Positions 48,883 to 59,409 are shown, counted from the first letter of the stretch. The stretch is DNA of 64,000 bases from Micromonospora sonneratiae (GCF_042679305.1 NZ_JBHTMP010000017.1:13551-77550), one strand, 5' to 3'. Numbers and translations: made by a program. The notes: generated by a model from the letters alone, not told the origin.

Positions 48883-50373
48883 CTAAGCCCCCAGGAGGCT
48901 CTGGCCGCAGACGCGGACGACGTTGCCGGTCACGCCCCCGGACGCGGGCGAGGCGAACCAGGCGACGGTCTCAGCCACATCGACCGGCCGCCCGCCCTGC
49001 GCCATGCTGTTCATCCGTCGCCCGGCCTGCCGCAGCAGCGCCGGCATCCGGGCGGTCATCGCCGTCTCGATGAATCCGGGCGCGACCGCGTTGATGGTGA
49101 TGCCCCGACCGACGAGCACCGGGGCCATCGACTGCACCAGCCCGATCACCCCGGCCTTGGAGGTGGCGTAGTTGGTCTGCCCCCGGTTGCCGGCGATGCC
49201 CGCGATCGAGGAGACCCCGATCAGCCGGCCGCCCGTCGGGATCAGGTCGCGGGCCAGCAGCACGTCGTTGATCCGCTCCTGGCTGGAGAGGTTGACCTCC
49301 AGCACCGAGTCCCACCAGGCCGGGTCCATCCGGGCGATCGTCTTGTCCCGGGTGATGCCGGCGTTGTGGACGACGATGTCCACCCGTCCGTGTCGGCCGG
49401 CGAAGTGGTTCGCCAGTCGGGTCGGCGCGTTGGCCGCGGTCAGGTCGAGCTGTAGCGCCGTACCCCGGATGGAGTTCGCGACCTCGGCCAGCGTGTCGCC
49501 GACGGGCGGTACGTCCAGCGCGACGACGTGCGCACCGTCGCGGGCCAGCACCCGGGCGATGGCCGCGCCGATTCCCTGCGCCGCGCCGGTGACCAGCGCG
49601 ATCCTGCCGGCCAGTGGCCGGTCCCAGTCGACGTACGGCTGGTCGGCGGGCTGCCAGCCGACCCGGATCACCTGGCCGGAGACGTAGGCGGACCGGCCGG
49701 AGAGCAGGAAGCGCAGCGTCGACTCGATCGCGTACTCCGCGCCCGGGGTGACGTAGACGAGTTGGGCGGTCGTACCGCGCCCGAACTCCTTGCCGATGCT
49801 GCGGGTCAGGCCCTCCAGCGCCCGCTGGGCGGTGGCCTCCCGGGGTGACGCGCACACCTCGGGCGGGCTGCCGAGCACGATCACCCGGCCACTCGGTTGC
49901 AGGGTACGGGCGTGGGCGTGGAAGAAGTCGTAGAGCGGACGCAGCCCGGTCGAGTCGATGATCCCGGTCGCGTCGAAGATGAGCGCCGCGTTACGCGGCA
50001 CCTGGTCGGTCCCGGGCTCGGCCGGTGCGATGGCCACCGTGGTTTCCGGACCAGCCGCTGCCGTGGCCTCCGACTCGGCTGATGTCGGTGCCGCCGGATC
50101 GGGTGAAGCCGGTGCCGCCGGATCGGTGGGTGTCGTCAGTGGATTCGCGACCGCCATGAGCGGGTCGCGTACCTCGACGCCGGCACCGCCGAGCAGAATG
50201 GCGACCGGTGCGCGCATCCGTCCGTTGGGTGCGGCGTCGAGCAGGACCGGGCCGGGGACCAGCGGGTCGCCGGGGCGGTATCGGCGCAGCCGGGGCGGGT
50301 CGGGCAAGCCGAGGCGTCTGACCAAGGCACGACCTGATCCGGAGCGGGCAAAGGTCGCGTACCTGTCGCTCAT
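48883..50373 (-). CDS. fabG: FabG4-like high-molecular-weight 3-oxoacyl-ACP reductase (N-terminal flavodoxin-like + SDR)
   Basis: SDR motifs VTGAAQGIGAAIA, NNAG and YATSKAG follow a ~190-aa N-terminal extension. Confidence 0.85.
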   Translation of the reverse strand: MSDRYATFARSGSGRALVRRLGLPDPPRLRRYRPGDPLVPGPVLLDAAPNGRMRAPVAILLGGAGVEVRDPLMAVANPLTTPTDPAAPASPDPAAPTSAESEATAAAGPETTVAIAPAEPGTDQVPRNAALIFDATGIIDSTGLRPLYDFFHAHARTLQPSGRVIVLGSPPEVCASPREATAQRALEGLTRSIGKEFGRGTTAQLVYVTPGAEYAIESTLRFLLSGRSAYVSGQVIRVGWQPADQPYVDWDRPLAGRIALVTGAAQGIGAAIARVLARDGAHVVALDVPPVGDTLAEVANSIRGTALQLDLTAANAPTRLANHFAGRHGRVDIVVHNAGITRDKTIARMDPAWWDSVLEVNLSSQERINDVLLARDLIPTGGRLIGVSSIAGIAGNRGQTNYATSKAGVIGLVQSMAPVLVGRGITINAVAPGFIETAMTARMPALLRQAGRRMNSMAQGGRPVDVAETVAWFASPASGGVTGNVVRVCGQSLLGA

Positions 50374-50429
50374 GGGCGTAGCCTACTCGTCAGTAGGGTA
50401 GTGGCAACCCGGGTTGGGAAGGGGAAACC

Positions 50430-51722
50430 GTGCAAACCGTACGTCGTGTCGCGGTCATCGGGGGTAACCGGATCCCGTTCGCCCGCTCGGGTGGACGCTA
50501 CGCCAACGCATCGAACCAGGACATGCTCGGCGCGGCGCTGGATGGTCTGTTGGCCCGCTTCGGCCTCGCCGATCAGCGGGTCGGTGAGGTGGTTGCCGGG
50601 GCAGTGCTCAAACACTCCCGCGACTTTAACCTGACCCGCGAGGTGGTGCTCGGATCGCGGCTCGACCCGCACACCCCGGCGTACGACATCCAGCAGGCCT
50701 GCGGCACCGGGCTGGAAGCCGTGATTCTGGTGGCCAACAAGATCGCCCTCGGGCAGATCGAGGTCGGCATCGCCGGTGGCGTGGACACCACATCGGACGC
50801 CCCGTTGGCGGTCAACGAGGACTTCCGGCGTGCCCTGCTGAACATCAACCACTCCCGTACGGCCGCTGCCCGGCTCCGGGCCGCCACCCGGTTGCGTCCC
50901 ACCCACCCGTTCCGGCCGGAGACCCCGCGCAACGCCGAGCCGCGTACCGGACTGTCCATGGGCGAACATGCCGCGATCACCGCCCGACAGTGGGGGATCA
51001 GCCGTGAGGCGCAGGACGAGTTCGCGCTGCGCTCGCACCAGCGGCTGGCCGCCGCCTACGATCGCGGCTTCTTCGACGACCTGATGACGCCGTACCTCGG
51101 GCTGACCCGGGACCAGAACCTGCGGCCGGACACCAGCCTGGAACGGCTGGCCGCCCTCAAGCCGGTCTTCGGCAACCGGGGGCCGGACGCCGCCCTGGCC
51201 ACCATGACCGCCGGCAACTCCTCCCCGCTGACCGACGGCGCGTCGACCGTCCTGCTGGCCTCCGAGGAGTGGGCCGCCGAGCACCACTTGCCGGTGCTGG
51301 CGTACGTCACCTTCTCCGAGGTGGCTGCCGTCGACTTCGTACACGGCGACGAGGGGTTGCTGATGGCCCCGGCGTACGCCGTACCCCGGATGCTGGCCCG
51401 GGCCGGGCTGGCGCTGAGCGACTTCGACTACTACGAGATCCACGAGGCGTTCGCGTCGCAGGTGCTGGCCACCCTCGCCGCCTGGGAGTCGCCCGAGTTC
51501 TGCGAGAACCGGCTGGGGCTGGCCGCGCCGCTCGGACCGATCGACCGGAGCCGGCTCAACGTCAACGGCTCCTCCCTGGCCGCCGGGCACCCGTTCGCGG
51601 CAACCGGCGGGCGGCTGGTCGCCACCCTGGCCAAGCTGCTGGCCGAGCGGGGCTCGGGTCGCGGACTGATCTCCATCTGTGCCGCCGGTGGCCAGGGCGT
51701 GGTGGCGATCCTGGAACGCTGA
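50430..51722 (+). CDS. Acetyl-CoA C-acyltransferase (thiolase)
   Basis: Thiolase active-site cysteine context (QQACGTGLEAV) and the C-terminal CAAGGQG. Confidence 0.9.
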   Translation: MQTVRRVAVIGGNRIPFARSGGRYANASNQDMLGAALDGLLARFGLADQRVGEVVAGAVLKHSRDFNLTREVVLGSRLDPHTPAYDIQQACGTGLEAVILVANKIALGQIEVGIAGGVDTTSDAPLAVNEDFRRALLNINHSRTAAARLRAATRLRPTHPFRPETPRNAEPRTGLSMGEHAAITARQWGISREAQDEFALRSHQRLAAAYDRGFFDDLMTPYLGLTRDQNLRPDTSLERLAALKPVFGNRGPDAALATMTAGNSSPLTDGASTVLLASEEWAAEHHLPVLAYVTFSEVAAVDFVHGDEGLLMAPAYAVPRMLARAGLALSDFDYYEIHEAFASQVLATLAAWESPEFCENRLGLAAPLGPIDRSRLNVNGSSLAAGHPFAATGGRLVATLAKLLAERGSGRGLISICAAGGQGVVAILER

Positions 51723-51791
51723 CCCGCGCGGTGGCCCGACTGTCCAACAACTGTTTGACGGTCGCCGGTCGGGCTTCCTAGACTCCCCAAC

Positions 51792-52343
51792 ATGTCTTTG
51801 GGAGATGGGTCGGCAGAGCGTGATCCGACCGTCGAGTTGCGGGCACTGGCCCATCCTGTCCGGCTGCGGATCCTCTCCCTGCTCACCGCGACGGAGATGA
51901 CCGCCGCCGAGGTCGCCCGGGAGTTGGACCTCACCCACGCCAACGCCAGCTACCACCTGCGCCACCTGCTCGACGCCGGCGTCATCCAGATCGCTGGCGA
52001 GGAGCGCATCCGGGGCGGGGTCGCGAAACGCTACCGGTACGACGCGACGCGCGACTTCGACCGACGCCGGCCGTCGCCGGATGGTGCCGAACCGACCCGC
52101 GACCATCGCCTGCTCTACGCGACGCTCGCCACGGAACTGCGCCGTCGCAGCCAGCAGGCCCGCCGTTCGTCGAACAACTTCCTCACCGACGCCGAATTCT
52201 GGATCGACCCGGAGACCTGGCAGGCCGTACGGGAACAGATCGCCAACGCCGCCGAGACGTTGCACCGGGCGGCACAACCGCCCCGCGCCCCCGGAGCGGT
52301 CCGGGTGAGCGCCACCGTCGCGTTGTTCCAGATGGAGGACTGA
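51792..52343 (+). CDS. ArsR-family HTH transcriptional regulator
   Basis: LAHPVRLRILSLL...AEVARELDLTHANASYHLRHL. Confidence 0.8.
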   Translation: MSLGDGSAERDPTVELRALAHPVRLRILSLLTATEMTAAEVARELDLTHANASYHLRHLLDAGVIQIAGEERIRGGVAKRYRYDATRDFDRRRPSPDGAEPTRDHRLLYATLATELRRRSQQARRSSNNFLTDAEFWIDPETWQAVREQIANAAETLHRAAQPPRAPGAVRVSATVALFQMED

Positions 52344-52344
52344 G

Positions 52345-53610
52345 GTGGGCACCATGACATCCACGTTGGCGCCCCTGCGACACAGCGCCTTCCGCTACCT
52401 GGCTGCCGGCCGGTTCACCACGATGCTCGGCAACGCGATCGCACCGATCGCCCTGGCCTTCGCCGTACTCGACCTGACCGGCTCCGTACGCGATCTCGGG
52501 CTGGTCGTCGGTGCCCGGTCGTTGACCAACGTGCTGTTCCTGCTCTTCGGCGGGGTACTGGCCGACCGGCTGCCCCGGCAGGCGGTGATGGTGGTGGCCT
52601 GCACACTGGCCGGGGCCACCCAGGCGGCGGTCGCCACGTTGGTGCTGACCGACACCGCGACGATCCCACTGCTGATCGCGCTCGGTGCGGTCAACGGGGT
52701 GGTCACCGCGTTCGCGTTCCCGGCCGCTGCCGCACTGATGCCCCAGACCGTGCCGGCAGACCTGTTGCAGCCGGCCAACGCCCTCAACCGGCTCGGCGTC
52801 AACGCGGCCATGATCGGTGGTGCGTCGCTGGGTGGCATCCTGATCGCCGCTGTCGGCCCCGGCTGGGGGCTGGCCGTCGACGCGGCCACCTTCGCCCTGG
52901 CCGGGCTGACCTTCGCCCGGATCCGTGTCACCGGTGTCCGGGACCGGTCGACGTCCCGGCCCAGCACCTGGACCCAGTTGCGCGAGGGCTGGACCGAGTT
53001 CGCCTCGCACTCCTGGCTCTGGAGCGTGGTGCTCGGCTTCATGCTGATCAACGCGGCGTTGACCAGCGGGGTCAACGTCCTCGGTCCGGCCGTCGCGGAC
53101 GACACGATCGGCCGACGGTCCTGGGGCATCGTGTTGGCCGTCCAGACCGCGGGCATGGTCGTCGGGGCACTGGTGGCGTTGCGGATCCGGGCCCGCCGAC
53201 TGCTTCTGCTGGGGGTGGTCTGCATGATTGCCCAGGCGCCGGTGCTGGTGGCGCTGGCCTGGACCCCCCGGCTGGCCGTACTCCTGGTCGTCGGATTCGT
53301 CGCCGGCCTGACCATGGAGCAGTTCAGTGTCGCCTGGGAGACCTCGATGCAGCAGCACATCCCGGCTGACCGGCTGGCCCGGGTCTACTCGTACGACGCA
53401 CTCGGTTCGTTCCTGGCCATTCCGATCGGGCAGATCGCCGTCGGCCCGGTGGCGTTGGCGATCGGCACCGGACCGACCCTGTTGGCCGCCGCTGGTCTCG
53501 TGGTACTGGCGGTGCTCGGCATGGTGGCCAGCCCGGGCGTACGTCGGCTGGAGAATGTCGCCCGGCCCAGCGTGACCGATCAGGTGCCGGCAGTAGCGGG
53601 AGCCGCCTGA
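52345..53610 (+). CDS. MFS transporter
   Basis: 12-TM profile, adjacent to the ArsR-like gene (1-nt gap). Confidence 0.8.
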   Translation: MGTMTSTLAPLRHSAFRYLAAGRFTTMLGNAIAPIALAFAVLDLTGSVRDLGLVVGARSLTNVLFLLFGGVLADRLPRQAVMVVACTLAGATQAAVATLVLTDTATIPLLIALGAVNGVVTAFAFPAAAALMPQTVPADLLQPANALNRLGVNAAMIGGASLGGILIAAVGPGWGLAVDAATFALAGLTFARIRVTGVRDRSTSRPSTWTQLREGWTEFASHSWLWSVVLGFMLINAALTSGVNVLGPAVADDTIGRRSWGIVLAVQTAGMVVGALVALRIRARRLLLLGVVCMIAQAPVLVALAWTPRLAVLLVVGFVAGLTMEQFSVAWETSMQQHIPADRLARVYSYDALGSFLAIPIGQIAVGPVALAIGTGPTLLAAAGLVVLAVLGMVASPGVRRLENVARPSVTDQVPAVAGAA

Positions 53611-53621
53611 TCAGCCCGGCC

Positions 53622-55454
53622 GTGTCAAGGGTTGGTCACAGGGCGGTTGGTGGGCAGGCGCTGCGAGCAGGGATTTACTACCCTCGTCAGGTGACCACCA
53701 CGCCACTGCCCCAGCCCGAGCCGGCGTTCATCCCGCCGTCCACCATGGAGCGACCGTCGGCCGTGCCCCGCCCCGGTCTCGGACGGGGCGCGCAGATCGG
53801 ACTCGGCCTGGCGCTGCTGGCCCCCGCCCTGATCGCCCTGCTCTGGTCGTACGTGATCCCGTCCGTGTCGACCCTGCTCAAGAGCTTCCAGAAGGACAAC
53901 CTGATCGGGCCGCCGAAATCCGTAGGTACGGCGAACTACGAGCAGTTCGCCGAGATCGGTCTTGGCTCGTTCGGGTTCGGCCTGCTGCTCGGCCTCGTAC
54001 CGCTGCTGGTGGTGTTGGTCGTCGCGCCGCTACTGGCCTTCGTTGCCGATCGTGCCGGCCGCGTCGGCCGACTGGTCACCCGGGGGCTGCTGGCCGCCCC
54101 GCTGGCCTGCTACGCACCCACCGCACTCGCCACTGCGTGGCGGGCGTACCGGCTCGAGCCTGGCGCGTGGATGGAAAGCCCGTACGCCAGCACGCTCAGC
54201 ATGGCCGCCGCGATGAGCTTCGGCCTGGTGGTCGCGGTCGCCGGCACCCTGTTCCTGAGTGCGGTACGGCGTCGTCCGGCGGGTGGCGGTGGGCGCGGGC
54301 TGGCGCTGCTGGCGGTTGGCGCCACCCTCGGCCTCGGGGTCGTCGCCGCTGCGCTGCAGTCCTCCACGTTGCAGTTCACCATCACCGGTGCGGGCACCGA
54401 GCGTGAGCTTGCCACGCCCACCTTCCTCGTCATGCAGCACGGCTTCCGGATGCTCAACATCGGACTGGCCGCAGCGGGATCCACCGTGCTCCTCGTGCTG
54501 CTGGCGCTACTCGGTCTGGTCGCCGTCGGACTGCTGATCCTCACCCGTACCCGGATCGAGTTCGACGGGTGGCGGGATCGCCCGGCACCGTCGACCGAGG
54601 CGGCGGCCGTGCAGCCGGCCGAAACAGCTTCGCAGCCGGCCGGGGTACCGGTGGCGCAGCCGACCGGGATGGTGGCGGTGGGACGCCGGTCCAACCCGGT
54701 CGCCCTGGTCCTGCTGGCCCTCGGGCTGGTGGTCTTCCTCGCTGTCGTGGGCTACGCACTGTGGCCGTGGTTGCGAAGTTTCTTCGGTGACACCGCGCCC
54801 CTGCCCGACCGGTTCTCGACCGGATCGGTGCTGGTCAACACCTGGGGGCCGACGCTGATCTCGGCGGTGGTCTCGGTGGGCATCGCCGCCCTCGGCGGCT
54901 TCGCGATCGGCGGTCTGCGCCCGCTGGGCCGCTTCAGCGAGGCGCTGCTGCTGTTGTTCGCCCCCTGGTTCTTCGTCGGCAGCGGTCCGCTGCTCATCGC
55001 CAACTACCTCCGGGCCCGCGATCTCGACCAGATCAACACGTTCATCGGGCTGATCCCGCCAAGCTGGGTGTCCATTCCCGCCCTGGTGGCGTTCACCCTG
55101 CTGTTCCGGGGGCAGCAGGCCCGTTGGCGGGCCGGCAGCGGCTTCGTGTCGAGCATGCTGCTGCCCGCGCTGCCGATGCTGGGGCTGGCCGGGCTGCTGA
55201 CCTGGTTGCTGGCCGCGCAGGACCTGATCTGGCCGTACGCCGTCGCCCAGGCGGCAGAAATGCTGCCGGCACCGGTCGTGCTTCTCCTCACCGGTGGTAC
55301 GAGTGCGTTCCGTGGTGGCGCGGCATCCGAGGCGATCGGCCTGGCCCTGCCGATTCCGATGGTGCTGTTGCTGTTGGCCGCCTTCGCGGCACTCCAGGTC
55401 TTCTACCTGGACCGGCTGGCCATCCGGGCCGGCCGGTCCGAGCAGCGGGCGTAA
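53622..55454 (+). CDS. Large polytopic membrane protein (ABC-permease-like duplicated domains)
   Basis: At least 12 TM segments. The start is uncertain; Met 53742 is an alternative. Confidence 0.5.
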   Translation: MSRVGHRAVGGQALRAGIYYPRQVTTTPLPQPEPAFIPPSTMERPSAVPRPGLGRGAQIGLGLALLAPALIALLWSYVIPSVSTLLKSFQKDNLIGPPKSVGTANYEQFAEIGLGSFGFGLLLGLVPLLVVLVVAPLLAFVADRAGRVGRLVTRGLLAAPLACYAPTALATAWRAYRLEPGAWMESPYASTLSMAAAMSFGLVVAVAGTLFLSAVRRRPAGGGGRGLALLAVGATLGLGVVAAALQSSTLQFTITGAGTERELATPTFLVMQHGFRMLNIGLAAAGSTVLLVLLALLGLVAVGLLILTRTRIEFDGWRDRPAPSTEAAAVQPAETASQPAGVPVAQPTGMVAVGRRSNPVALVLLALGLVVFLAVVGYALWPWLRSFFGDTAPLPDRFSTGSVLVNTWGPTLISAVVSVGIAALGGFAIGGLRPLGRFSEALLLLFAPWFFVGSGPLLIANYLRARDLDQINTFIGLIPPSWVSIPALVAFTLLFRGQQARWRAGSGFVSSMLLPALPMLGLAGLLTWLLAAQDLIWPYAVAQAAEMLPAPVVLLLTGGTSAFRGGAASEAIGLALPIPMVLLLLAAFAALQVFYLDRLAIRAGRSEQRA

Positions 55455-55559
55455 GGGAACAAGGCCAAGCGGTAACCGGAACGAGGCCAAGTAGTCAGCG
55501 GAACGAGGCCGAGACGTAGAAGGATCGACGACGCCAACGGCGAGGCTGCGGCGACGCCG

Positions 55560-56120
55560 CTATTCGGTGATGCCCCACCACTGTTTGACGTTGATGGCCG
55601 CGCCACCGGCGTTGTCCCCGAGGTTCGGGTCGTTGTAGGAGAAGACCAACTGCGAACTCGGGCCGGCACTGGAATAGGACATGCAACCGCTGTCGGTGCC
55701 GACCGGGAACCAGGCACCGGCACCGTAGGAGCGGCCGTTGGCGTGCAGCCACACCGATCCTGCGGTGACCTTGGCGATCAGCATGTACCGGGGCTCGCCG
55801 GGAGCGGGCCAGCCGCTGCCCGCCACCGGTAGCTCACCCGCGATGTTCTTGGTCGTACCCCAGTAGTCGATCCGGACGGTGCCGGCGGCGGTGATCCGCA
55901 GGGCGTCCTCGGTCTCCAGACCGGCCGGTGCCGCCCACGGCGTGTGCAGGTTGCCCGGCGCGAACCACGGTGCCTGGTCGGTGAACTGTGGGGCGAAGCT
56001 ACGTCGGCAGCGGCCCAACGCCGTCTCGGTTGCCGAAGCTGGTAGGCCACCGCCAACCACAGCCAGTGTGATTGTCAGCGCGGCGGTGGACACCGCCGAG
56101 ATGGTCGATCTGATCCGCAT
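55560..56120 (-). CDS. Secreted hypothetical protein (signal peptide)
   Basis: MRIRSTISAVSTAALTITLAVVGGGLPASA signal peptide. The start was assigned to this Met rather than the longer ORF. Confidence 0.55.
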   Translation of the reverse strand: MRIRSTISAVSTAALTITLAVVGGGLPASATETALGRCRRSFAPQFTDQAPWFAPGNLHTPWAAPAGLETEDALRITAAGTVRIDYWGTTKNIAGELPVAGSGWPAPGEPRYMLIAKVTAGSVWLHANGRSYGAGAWFPVGTDSGCMSYSSAGPSSQLVFSYNDPNLGDNAGGAAINVKQWWGITE

Positions 56121-56209
56121 GGTGCTTCCTCTCGCGTGGGTGGAAGGCAGCCGGTCCTGGTGCCGGACCTGACGCGCTCCTCGCTGTCGGGAGGTAGCGC
56201 CCATGCCAC

Positions 56210-56602
56210 ATGATGGGGCCCGTGTTCAAGAGGGATCGGGATCGCCGTAGGAAGAAGAAGACGAAGAAGAGCGATGCCTGCGACTACTGCGACTTCTGCG
56301 ATCCCGGCTGCGGCGACTGCAATCTCGGGCTCTTCGCCGCACTGCTGACCGTGGGATCGGTCACCGCCCGGGTGGCCCCGGTGCCGCTGGCCGACCGGGC
56401 CGGCCGGGCCGCGATCCTCGGTTACCGACGGTGGCTGTCCCACCGCTGGCCGGGAACCTGCCGGTTCACCCCGACCTGTAGCGCGTACGGCCTGGCGGCG
56501 GTCGAGCGGTACGGGCTGGCCAGGGGCGGACGGTTGGCCGCCGACCGGGTCCGCCGCTGCCGTCCCGAGGTGCCCCGGGGCACCCACGACCCGCTGCCAT
56601 AG
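56210..56602 (+). CDS. yidD: YidD-family membrane-protein-insertion efficiency factor (N-terminally extended, Cys-rich)
   Basis: C-terminal GTCRFTPTCSAYGLAAVERYG...RRCRPEVPRGTHDPLP matches the YidD signature. Confidence 0.65.
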   Translation: MMGPVFKRDRDRRRKKKTKKSDACDYCDFCDPGCGDCNLGLFAALLTVGSVTARVAPVPLADRAGRAAILGYRRWLSHRWPGTCRFTPTCSAYGLAAVERYGLARGGRLAADRVRRCRPEVPRGTHDPLP

Positions 56603-56649
56603 GCGGCCCGAACGGCAGTGGGGAATCCCGGTGGGGAAGAATTCGGTGC

Positions 56650-58074
56650 GTGACGAGTATCCCGAACGTCCTTGCCAACCGGTACGCCTCGGCAGAACTG
56701 GCCGCCCTCTGGTCGCCGGAGGAGAAGATCCGGATGGAACGGCGGCTCTGGCTGGCCGTACTCCGGGCGCAGCGGGATCTCGGCATCGCGCTGCCCGACG
56801 GGGTGGTCGAGGCGTACGAGCGGGTGCTCGACCAGGTCGACCTAGCCTCGATCGCGGCCCGGGAGCGGGTCACCCGGCACGACGTGAAGGCGCGGATCGA
56901 GGAGTTCAGCGCGCTGGCCGGGCACGAGCACATCCACAAGGGCATGACCTCGCGGGACCTCACCGAGAACGTCGAGCAGCTACAGGTACGCCGCTCGCTG
57001 GAGCTGATCCGGGACCGGGTGGTCGCCACCCTGGCCCGGCTGGCCCGCCTGGCCGTGGAGCACTCCGACCTGGTGCTGACCGGCCGGTCGCACAACGTCG
57101 CGGCGCAGGCCACCACGCTGGGCAAGCGGTTCGCGTCGGCGGCCGAGGAACTGCTGATCGCGTACGAGCGGCTGGACGACCTGATCGACCGGTACCCGTT
57201 GCGTGGCATCAAGGGGCCGGTCGGCACCGCCGCCGACCAGCTCGACCTCTTCGACGGCGACCCGGAGAAGGTCGCCGAGCTTGAGCGCCGGGTCGCCACC
57301 CACCTCGGCTTCTCCCGGGTGCTGGACAGCGTCGGCCAGGTCTACCCGCGTTCGATCGATTTCGACGTGGTGTCCGCGTTGGCGCAGACGGCCGCCGCCC
57401 CGTCGTCGCTGGCGACGACCATCCGGCTGATGGTTGGCCAGGAGCTGGCCACCGAGGGCTTCAAGCCGGGGCAGGTCGGCTCCAGCGCCATGCCGCACAA
57501 GATGAACACCCGGTCCAGCGAGCGGGTCAACGGCTTCGCGGTGATCATCCGGGGTTACCTGTCGATGATCGGCGAGCTGGCCGGTGACCAGTGGAACGAG
57601 GGCGACGTCTCCTGCTCGGTGGTCCGCCGGGTGGCGCTACCGGACGCCTTCTTCGCCGCCGACGGGCTGTTCCAGACGTTCCTCACCGTGCTCGACGAGT
57701 TCGGCGCGTACCCGGCGGTGATCAACCGCGAGTTGGACCGGTTCCTGCCGTTCCTGGCGACCACGAAGATCCTGGTCGCGGCGGTACGTCGGGGCGTCGG
57801 CCGGGAGGTCGCCCACGAGGCGATCAAGGAGCACGCGGTCGGCGTGGCGCTGGCCATGCGGGAGCAGGGGGCGACCGAGAACGACCTGTTCGACCGGCTG
57901 GCCGCCGACGAACGGCTGGGCCTGACCCGTACCGAGATCGACAAACTGGTGGCCGACCGGGCCGACTTCGTCGGCGCGGCTCCGGCGCAGGTACGGGCGG
58001 TCGCCGGGCGGGTCGCCAACGTGGTCGCGGCGCACCCGGAGGCAGCCGCCTACCAACCCGCCCCGATCCTCTGA
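56650..58074 (+). CDS. purB: Adenylosuccinate lyase
   Basis: Fumarate-lyase family signature (SSAMPHKMN) and a PurB-specific N-terminus. GTG start. Confidence 0.95.
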   Translation: MTSIPNVLANRYASAELAALWSPEEKIRMERRLWLAVLRAQRDLGIALPDGVVEAYERVLDQVDLASIAARERVTRHDVKARIEEFSALAGHEHIHKGMTSRDLTENVEQLQVRRSLELIRDRVVATLARLARLAVEHSDLVLTGRSHNVAAQATTLGKRFASAAEELLIAYERLDDLIDRYPLRGIKGPVGTAADQLDLFDGDPEKVAELERRVATHLGFSRVLDSVGQVYPRSIDFDVVSALAQTAAAPSSLATTIRLMVGQELATEGFKPGQVGSSAMPHKMNTRSSERVNGFAVIIRGYLSMIGELAGDQWNEGDVSCSVVRRVALPDAFFAADGLFQTFLTVLDEFGAYPAVINRELDRFLPFLATTKILVAAVRRGVGREVAHEAIKEHAVGVALAMREQGATENDLFDRLAADERLGLTRTEIDKLVADRADFVGAAPAQVRAVAGRVANVVAAHPEAAAYQPAPIL

Positions 58075-58138
58075 CCGGGGCCGCCCACCGGGTGGCCGCC
58101 AGCTGCGGGGCGTGGGAGTCGGCTGCGCGGTGCGGTCG

Positions 58139-58594
58139 TCAGCTGCGGGGCGTTGGAGTGGTGGCCGCGCTGCCCAGGTCGGGGGCGCTGGCCGGCTCCG
58201 AGATGGCGCCCAGGCTGGAGCTGCTGGCCGGTTGAGCGGTGTCGGTGGCCGCCAGCGGCTGGTCCGGGGGCGGTACGTCCGCCACCGGGTACGCGATCAC
58301 GGCGGTGCCGTACGCGCACAGCTCCATCCACATCTCGCCGACCTCGCGGTGGTCGAAGCGCATCCCGATCACCGCGTTGGCACCGAGGCGGCGGGCTTCC
58401 TCACCGAGTTTGACCACCGAGTCGGTACGCCATCGGGTCAGGTTCTCCGGCGCCTTCGGGTCGTACGCGCCACCGCGTAGGTTCTTGACGCCTTCCCGGT
58501 ACGGGTTACGCGTCCGAGCCATCGATGACACTACTTCGCCAAGGATCTGGCGGATCTCGTAGCCAGGTAGATGGTCCATCGTCACGACCAGCAC
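58139..58594 (-). CDS. YbjQ/UPF0145-family protein with low-complexity C-terminal tail
   Basis: MDHLPGYEIRQILGEVVSS ... GANAVIGMRFDH ... matches the YbjQ fold family. Confidence 0.7.
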   Translation of the reverse strand: MLVVTMDHLPGYEIRQILGEVVSSMARTRNPYREGVKNLRGGAYDPKAPENLTRWRTDSVVKLGEEARRLGANAVIGMRFDHREVGEMWMELCAYGTAVIAYPVADVPPPDQPLAATDTAQPASSSSLGAISEPASAPDLGSAATTPTPRS

Positions 58595-58725
58595 GTTGTC
58601 GATGTTGTCAGAGAAACTGGTGGCCCATTTGTGAGGTCTGCTCGCGTCGGCGTGTTCTGCGAAACGGCGCGGCGCGGACGCCCGGGGGGTTCCGGGGACG
58701 TCCGCGCCGCGACGATCACGAGTGG

Positions 58726-59409
58726 CTATACGCCGGACACCGAGGTGATCCAGGCCCGGCTGGCGGCGACACTGCCATAGTTCTGGATGCTCTGGCCGTC
58801 AGCGGTCGAAGCCACCCCAACCTGCGCACCGTTGTAGAACTCGGGCCCACCCGAGTCGCCCCGCCACGCGTTTCCGTTGATCCGGCTGCTGCGGATGGCC
58901 GGCCCGCCGTACGCGTCGGTCGCGCTGGTGCTGGTGACCCGTACGCTGGCGGTCTTGAGCTGGGACGACGCGGAGCAGCCGCTGTAGCAGGTCATGCCCC
59001 AGCCGTAGATCGAGTTGGTGGAGCCGATTGGCGGGTTGGCGCTGGCCAGCGTCACGTAGGTGGTGCTGACCGCGCTGTCGAGTTGGAGCAGGGCCAGGTC
59101 GTAGCGGGACGACGACGAGACGACGTTGCGGGTCACGCCGCCGGAGGCCCGGTAGACGCTGCCGACGCGTACCGACATGGTTCCGCTGACGCAGTGCCGT
59201 GCGGTGAGCACCCAGCGGGACGAGATGATCGTGCCGGAGCAGGTGAACGAGCCGTTGCTGAAGACGGCAGCGGCCCAGGGGGCCGAGGAAACCGTGCCGC
59301 CGCCGATGATCGGCTGCGGGCCGGCGGGGGCGGCCGAGGCGGTGGCGGGGGCGGCCAGCACGCCGGCGAGGGCGGTGGCGAACACTGCCGTGACGAAGCG
59401 CAAGCGCAT
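58726..59409 (-). CDS. Secreted S1-family (trypsin-like) serine peptidase
   Basis: Signal peptide, IIGG, TARHC (His), DLALL (Asp) and GDSGGP (Ser). AAGGAG lies 8 nt upstream of the ATG. Confidence 0.9.
   Translation of the reverse strand: MRLRFVTAVFATALAGVLAAPATASAAPAGPQPIIGGGTVSSAPWAAAVFSNGSFTCSGTIISSRWVLTARHCVSGTMSVRVGSVYRASGGVTRNVVSSSSRYDLALLQLDSAVSTTYVTLASANPPIGSTNSIYGWGMTCYSGCSASSQLKTASVRVTSTSATDAYGGPAIRSSRINGNAWRGDSGGPEFYNGAQVGVASTADGQSIQNYGSVAASRAWITSVSGV

Noticed and set aside
58097-58165. Direct repeat GTCAGCTGCGGGGCGT(G/T)GGAGT x2 straddling the ybjQ stop
   Set aside because: It lies partly inside the low-complexity C-terminal tail of the YbjQ ORF. It is likely a coding repeat or a local duplication of no clear significance.
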